A stretch of DNA of 64,000 nucleotides from an uncultured archaeon (GTDB lineage Archaea > Asgardarchaeota > Thorarchaeia > Thorarchaeales > Thorarchaeaceae): assembly GCA_964458565.1 (NCBI GenBank), contig CAYWJO010000011.1, positions 1 through 64,000 on the forward strand, in the 5' to 3' direction. The position numbers and the translations under genes are program-made. Position 1 is the first letter of the stretch; each line of letters begins with the position of its first letter. The notes under the pieces are model-generated. The model had not been told where the DNA came from. It ran no database searches and was given only the letters and a program-made list of their open reading frames with translations. This document shows positions 58,865 through 64,000 of the stretch, piece by piece.

Positions 58865-60265
58865 ATGACACGTGAATCATCTATTATGTATCGTACAGTT
58901 AGTGACGTCAGTGGACCGATATTGATTATAGAAAATACACACAATGTAGCTTATAATGAAGTTGTGAAAATTCGTGCACCAAATGGAATTCTCTTGACAG
59001 GAACGGTTCTAGAAACTGGACGTGGTCGGGCGGTAGTTCAAGTCTTTGAGGGGACTAGTGGACTCGACACTGATACAACTTCAGTTCGATTCACAGGTGA
59101 GACCCTGAAGCTACCGGTTTCCACTGAAATTCTAGGACGCGTTTTAGATGGATCTGGCAATCCCCTTGATAAGGGTCCACCATTATATGCTGAAGACAGA
59201 TGGGATATCTATGGCTCACCAATAAATCCGTACGCCCGGCAATATCCTCGACAACCAATTCAAACTGGCCTATCTGTTATTGATGGTCTAAATACACTGG
59301 TTCGTGGACAGAAACTACCAATCTTCTCAGGTTCGGGTCTTCCACATAATCGAATTGCAGCGCAGATTGTAAGACAAGCAAAGATTCCTGGAGAAGAAGT
59401 TGATTTTGCCATAGTATTTGCTGCAATGGGTATCACAGCAACCGAGGCTCAATATTTTATGAACTCGTTCGAAGAAACTGGAGCCTTAGAACATACAGCG
59501 CTATTCCTTAATCTTGCAAACGACCCTGCGATTGAGAGAATTATTACACCACGTGCCGCACTGACTGCAGCGGAATATCTTGCTTACGAATCCGAGATGC
59601 ATGTTCTTGTACTACTGACTGACATGACAAATTATGCAGAGGCTCTTCGAGAGATAAGTGCAGCACGATCTGAGGTTCCGGGCCGTCGTGGATATCCCGG
59701 GTATCTCTATACAGACTTGAGTATGATATACGAACGTGCAGGGCGAATTAATGGCAGGAACGGCACAATCACTCAGATGCCAATTCTATCCATGCCTCAG
59801 GATGATATGACTCATCCAATTCCCGACTTAACCGGTTATATTACTGAAGGTCAAATGATTGTTGGTCGTAGTCTTCATAGACGAGGTATCTATCCTCCAA
59901 TCGATCCCGGTCCATCTCTTAGTCGATTGATGAAAGAAGGGATTGGTGAGGGCATGACACGATTCGATCACCAGGAAATACAGGCGCAGCTCTACTATGG
60001 GTATTCTGAAGGCCGTGATCTTAGAGATTTGGTCGCAGTTGTAGGTTCAGAAGCTTTGACCGATCGTGATCAGAAGTATCTCAAGTTTGCTGATGATTTT
60101 GAACACCACTTCATTAACCAAGGCGAATTCGAAGATCGTTCATTTGAGGAAACGCTAGATATCGGCTGGAACCTTCTAAGTGAGTTTCCAGAGCGCGAAT
60201 TAAAGAGATGCGATCCTGAAACAATTGGTTGGGCTCGTGACAAAGGAGTTTATTCCCCATCGTAG
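58865..60265 (+). CDS. atpB: A/V-type ATP synthase subunit B
   Basis: [49 protein letters not shown]; probable start 58865. Confidence 0.97.
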   Translation: MTRESSIMYRTVSDVSGPILIIENTHNVAYNEVVKIRAPNGILLTGTVLETGRGRAVVQVFEGTSGLDTDTTSVRFTGETLKLPVSTEILGRVLDGSGNPLDKGPPLYAEDRWDIYGSPINPYARQYPRQPIQTGLSVIDGLNTLVRGQKLPIFSGSGLPHNRIAAQIVRQAKIPGEEVDFAIVFAAMGITATEAQYFMNSFEETGALEHTALFLNLANDPAIERIITPRAALTAAEYLAYESEMHVLVLLTDMTNYAEALREISAARSEVPGRRGYPGYLYTDLSMIYERAGRINGRNGTITQMPILSMPQDDMTHPIPDLTGYITEGQMIVGRSLHRRGIYPPIDPGPSLSRLMKEGIGEGMTRFDHQEIQAQLYYGYSEGRDLRDLVAVVGSEALTDRDQKYLKFADDFEHHFINQGEFEDRSFEETLDIGWNLLSEFPERELKRCDPETIGWARDKGVYSPS

Positions 60266-60275
60266 ATATAATGAA

Positions 60276-60995
60276 TCAATCCATTATCGGATTTCTTATT
60301 CCTCCCAATGAATAATAGATGTTGTATAGATGATTTGGGTCAACCCACGATTTGATTTCCTCATACGGATTCTTTCGCGTTAGGGCATAATCTGTCAGGA
60401 TTCTCAATAGATCTCCTTTGAATCCTACTACTCCATGAATTTTGTATCCAGCTGCAGAGTATGCTTTAACCATCTCGATGTTCGCTGGGATGTAGATTAT
60501 ATTTTTGGATGAGTTTATTCTCTGAAAGCAAATTATTGTTCGATTGAGGTCTGAGGACCACTTAGTTCCAAGTGATCTCATATAGTCCGAACCTATGGCC
60601 AGATATATCAAGTCATAATCAGTATCACATATTTTTTGAAAATCTACAGGGATATTCAAATCCTTTGAACGTGAAGATATCTCTTCCTTCTTCATTCCAG
60701 TGAAACTACAATCATATGGAGGGATATATTCATCTTCATGCAAAATTCCAAATCCTGCAGATATGATGAAAAAATCAGCATTAATTTTATTAATCCCCCT
60801 CAGATTAGTTATAGCTCTTTTCAACTCCCTATTTTGATACCCAGTATACATTGATCCAGCTCTATACTGAATATCCAAGAACCGCTTCCTCCACTGTCTT
60901 GTCTGCTCGATTGAAGTCAATTCCCTGCAACTTGGCTGGTTGATATGAGAAATCGCTTTCTTCTTCCCACAACTACTGACAATACATACCCTCAC
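60276..60995 (-). CDS. YaaA/DUF6884-like protein
   Basis: IVSSCGKKK, A..MYTG, IISAGFG, I.PYD. Confidence 0.7.
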   Translation of the reverse strand: MRVCIVSSCGKKKAISHINQPSCRELTSIEQTRQWRKRFLDIQYRAGSMYTGYQNRELKRAITNLRGINKINADFFIISAGFGILHEDEYIPPYDCSFTGMKKEEISSRSKDLNIPVDFQKICDTDYDLIYLAIGSDYMRSLGTKWSSDLNRTIICFQRINSSKNIIYIPANIEMVKAYSAAGYKIHGVVGFKGDLLRILTDYALTRKNPYEEIKSWVDPNHLYNIYYSLGGIRNPIMD

Positions 60996-61018
60996 TAAAT
61001 CACACTCAGAACCGCGGT

Positions 61019-61894
61019 TTATCGAACTCTAATACGTTTCACCTTCTTCTTGGTCTTCTCTCTAATCCCCTTCTCAGTATTATCATAGTGTATAATAGCA
61101 GTAACCATATAGTCATCTGAGCTGTCTGTTGATGCCAATTCTATATAGATTTCCGAATGCAAGGGCTCAACACTCAACGATGCGGGTAGGAATCCGACTA
61201 CCACCGTCCGATCTTCTGGTGTCCACCCATAAGGTGACACACCAACTATATCCAGACCCTCTCCGGTTGAGAGTTTTACTTCCACATTCTGATATGGATG
61301 GATGTAATTATTGATTATTACCATCTTCAAATTAATGCGTCCATTTTTCCGGACAACAGCTTTAGCACTCATATCGATATCCGGAGGTCTAAACGTTCCT
61401 TTCAGACTCTTTCTTCCTCTTCTAGATGTCTTTCGAACTATAGATTTTCCTTCAGGAAGATGGTCTTTTCCACCATAAGGTCCTTCATTTAACCGATCGG
61501 GATTCTCAGCCCACTTAATGAGTGTTCTGAAGCCACTTAGTTTGACAACATTCACTCGCCCCTTAGTTGAGGTTTGTTTTTCCTGCTCATTTCTTATGGC
61601 CTCTATTACTCCTCCTCTAATGGCATCTTTGGTAACATTCTCGAACTCAATCATTTCTCTGAAGGTCTGAGTCCAGCCATCAATAAATTCAACAATCTCT
61701 CGTGCTGCTGGTAATCTCTTTTGATTATCAGCAAACCACATTTTCCTTGTCACTTTTGCATAGTGAGGTGGTGCAAATGCAGAACAAGCTCTTTGCCATT
61801 CTATCAGATCACAGATTTTGAGAGCAGGTGCTATTTGAGAAGAAACAATCCTTTTCTGAGATTTATCCAATTCATCTCTCTTTCTTTCAGACAT
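61019..61894 (-). CDS. Hypothetical protein (helical N-terminus, basic linker, beta-sandwich C-terminus)
   Basis: 291-aa ORF with GAGGGGG SD. Confidence 0.75.
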   Translation of the reverse strand: MSERKRDELDKSQKRIVSSQIAPALKICDLIEWQRACSAFAPPHYAKVTRKMWFADNQKRLPAAREIVEFIDGWTQTFREMIEFENVTKDAIRGGVIEAIRNEQEKQTSTKGRVNVVKLSGFRTLIKWAENPDRLNEGPYGGKDHLPEGKSIVRKTSRRGRKSLKGTFRPPDIDMSAKAVVRKNGRINLKMVIINNYIHPYQNVEVKLSTGEGLDIVGVSPYGWTPEDRTVVVGFLPASLSVEPLHSEIYIELASTDSSDDYMVTAIIHYDNTEKGIREKTKKKVKRIRVR

Positions 61895-61912
61895 AAATAC
61901 CCCCTCTCAGAG

Positions 61913-62036
61913 CAGATAAGGTGCCGCCCCCCTTCAGAAAAACCAAAGGGGGACGAGTATAATGACTATCGTCTTCTAGTACGAACCAGAAGACTTCATG
62001 CCCTTCTGATAGAGTGAATTAACTCCGCCCTATCTA
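61913..62036 (-). ncRNA. Candidate structured leader RNA (riboswitch-like)
   Basis: Closing stem plus three internal hairpins; G-U pairs favour the minus strand; TATA-like box ~25 nt upstream. Confidence 0.5.
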
Positions 62037-62102
62037 TAACTAAGTTACTCTCAAATACATATAAGCACCTTCTTGGTTGTAGGTGACTAACAAACACTTG
62101 AT

Positions 62103-62441
62103 CTATTCGTCGATTCCATGTTGAAGATAATACCCTGTTTCCTTCTTCGCTCCAAAACTTCTTACACCATTTGATTTCAATTGCTGTTTGATATCTCTTG
62201 CCTGACTTGTGTTTATCTCTCCCTGTTTAACAAGATAATCAACAATCTCAATAGCCTGTGATACTGTATCACATCTCCGAATGTAGTCAATGACGGTGGG
62301 AGTATAGGGTTCTTTTTGGGTTGCTTCGGATTCTTCAGACAATGTACGAACTCCATCAATCTTGTGTCTTAGAGCACCTCCGGATTCCATCTCGTCAGCT
62401 AAAGCAGGGAATGCCTCCTCGAATTTTCGTTCGTCTGACAT
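62103..62441 (-). CDS. DUF2095-like archaeal protein
   Basis: PTVIDYIRRCDT..QAIEI.DY...GEI...GVRSFG.KKE.GYY. Confidence 0.82.
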   Translation of the reverse strand: MSDERKFEEAFPALADEMESGGALRHKIDGVRTLSEESEATQKEPYTPTVIDYIRRCDTVSQAIEIVDYLVKQGEINTSQARDIKQQLKSNGVRSFGAKKETGYYLQHGIDE

Positions 62442-62551
62442 ATGATTTCACCGAATTTTTGAATTGCACTCTATAATTGATTAACTTAAGTAAATCTCGG
62501 AATTTGGACTTATAATCTTTGACGAGAGGCACTCTTTCATGTAAAAACATG

Positions 62552-64000
62552 CTATGTTATGAAACTCCATGGTAGCTGATTCCGAAGGCGTACTCCATTA
62601 TGTGCAATATCAAAGAATGTAGTTCCTGTTTCCTTTTCCGCCTTCCTCCATCCGCTAAGACCCCCATGTTTTGATGCGACGTGAATCACACGTCCTATCG
62701 AACGGTCTCCTAGAGATAGTACTGCTTGTATTCTTGCATGCCGTGGGTCTAAAGATTCAAACGTGACTCGTGCAACATTTCTCAGATTAGTCTCAATGGA
62801 GGCGAGTTTCATTCTGATTTCTTCTAGAGATGGTTGAGGCTCACGTTGAAATCTTGTGTGTGCTTTTGGGATATATGGGTTCACACTAGATGTGATTCGA
62901 ATATTGAATTTACTTGCCAACTGTTTGGTTTGATGAGCAATTTCTAGAACATCCTGTTCGGATTCACCTGGAAGTCCTACTATATAGTAAAGCTTGACAG
63001 AATACATACCTGCTTCAGTGGCAATTTTTACAGCATTCTCTATATCTTCATCCAACAGTCCCTTTCCCATTTCCTTTCTCAGAGCGGACGATCCAGTTTC
63101 AGGTGCGATTGTAAGTGTTCTTTGACCGCCTTCGATTAATCGGCTGACTAATGAGGAAGTGACGCTATCCGCTCTCAAGGAAGGGACCGAAAGCCCATAT
63201 CCTCTGGATACAATGTAGTCCGCTACATCATCAAGTCTATCCATATCTCCAAGTGAAGAACCTATCAGGGAAACTTTTTTCGTAGGTGTTTCTTTGAAAC
63301 CTTTTTCAAGAATCTCAGTTACTGATTCGAGCGATCTTATCCTACGAGGTCTGCATATGTGCCCCACTAGGCAGAATTTACAGGAGTGGCCGCACCCTCG
63401 AGTTATTTCAATCAAAAATGATTTTCCAAAAACAGGCTCAAGCTCGTCCCCATCCGGAACATCTGGTATAATCTGTCCTGTAGGGTGAAAAAGTGGATTC
63501 AGGTCAGGAATTATGAGTCTCTTGACTGTTACCTGATTCTCACTCGGCACATAGACTCCAGAGATAGCCGCGAGCGATGTAATCGCATGTTGCCTTGATT
63601 CACACTCAACTACTATATCTAGTATCTCTTGGATTACTTCGTCACCCTCTCCAATCACAAAAGCGTCTATGAAGTCTACGTATGGTTCCGGATTCGCGCT
63701 GACAACAGGACCCCCCATGATGACAATAGGATCTTCAGTTGTTCTTGATTCTACAAGGACCGGAATATCTCCATCATTCAACATCTGTAAAACATTGAGT
63801 ATGTCTTCTTCATAAGAGAGTGAAAAACCTATGATGTGGTTTGATTTCAACGGGCGTCTTGACTCTACGGATTTTGACTGTGAGTATGTTCCATACCTGA
63901 AGTATCTCTCACAGGAAGCATCTTCTCTCCTATTTATCAATGAATAGAATAAATGAGTAGCAAGATTAGTCATTCCTGCACGATAAGTAGAGGGATAGCA
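62552..64000 (-). CDS. B12-binding-like radical SAM protein, 5' end outside the window
   Basis: EITRGCGHSCKFC, SLRAD, TIAPETG, KLYYIVGLP; frame stays open to the window edge (CYPSTYRAGMTNLA). Confidence 0.9.
   Translation of the reverse strand, partial: CYPSTYRAGMTNLATHLFYSLINRREDASCERYFRYGTYSQSKSVESRRPLKSNHIIGFSLSYEEDILNVLQMLNDGDIPVLVESRTTEDPIVIMGGPVVSANPEPYVDFIDAFVIGEGDEVIQEILDIVVECESRQHAITSLAAISGVYVPSENQVTVKRLIIPDLNPLFHPTGQIIPDVPDGDELEPVFGKSFLIEITRGCGHSCKFCLVGHICRPRRIRSLESVTEILEKGFKETPTKKVSLIGSSLGDMDRLDDVADYIVSRGYGLSVPSLRADSVTSSLVSRLIEGGQRTLTIAPETGSSALRKEMGKGLLDEDIENAVKIATEAGMYSVKLYYIVGLPGESEQDVLEIAHQTKQLASKFNIRITSSVNPYIPKAHTRFQREPQPSLEEIRMKLASIETNLRNVARVTFESLDPRHARIQAVLSLGDRSIGRVIHVASKHGGLSGWRKAEKETGTTFFDIAHNGVRLRNQLPWSFIT

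Noticed and set aside
61965-62002. AUGA..GA hairpin as a SECIS element
   Set aside because: Core register is off by one nucleotide and no UGA-containing gene is visible on that strand within the window; kept as part of the larger leader RNA

Overview
Archaeal chromosomal window, most likely from an Asgard archaeon (Thorarchaeota-like). The assignment is inferred from gene content: eS8, eL33/L35Ae, uL16/L10e, SRP54, TrmY, A/V-type ATPase, DHS, four roadblock genes, a Sec23/24-type Zn-finger-vWA protein, an EMC6-like protein and a PCI-like protein. Most of the window is densely packed housekeeping and metabolic genes: two tRNAs, nadC, pyrC, pyrI, Rqc2/NFACT, two-subunit fumarase, thiol:fumarate reductase TfrAB, hypA/hypE, smc-scpA-scpB, ADP-forming acyl-CoA synthetase and uppS. 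The most notable items are: (1) a signalling/coat-like cluster at 33.9-38.2 kb with a Sec23/24-like protein, an MglA-type GTPase and four roadblock proteins; (2) a 28-aa micropeptide gene missed by the ORF track (13922-14008), with a twice-repeated DDPLNGPE[IL]PW core conserved only at protein level; (3) a ~124-nt multi-helix RNA in a 5' leader with an anti-Shine-Dalgarno switch, a riboswitch-like candidate (61913-62036); (4) a tRNA-Ile(CAU) with a 30-nt insertion at a non-canonical position; (5) a relic element bounded by 19-bp direct repeats that carries a truncated hsdM; (6) a protein apparently built from four tandem AAA-lid/histone-fold-like units. No CRISPR array, rRNA gene or intact transposase was seen. 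All family calls come from motif recognition by eye, not from database searches.
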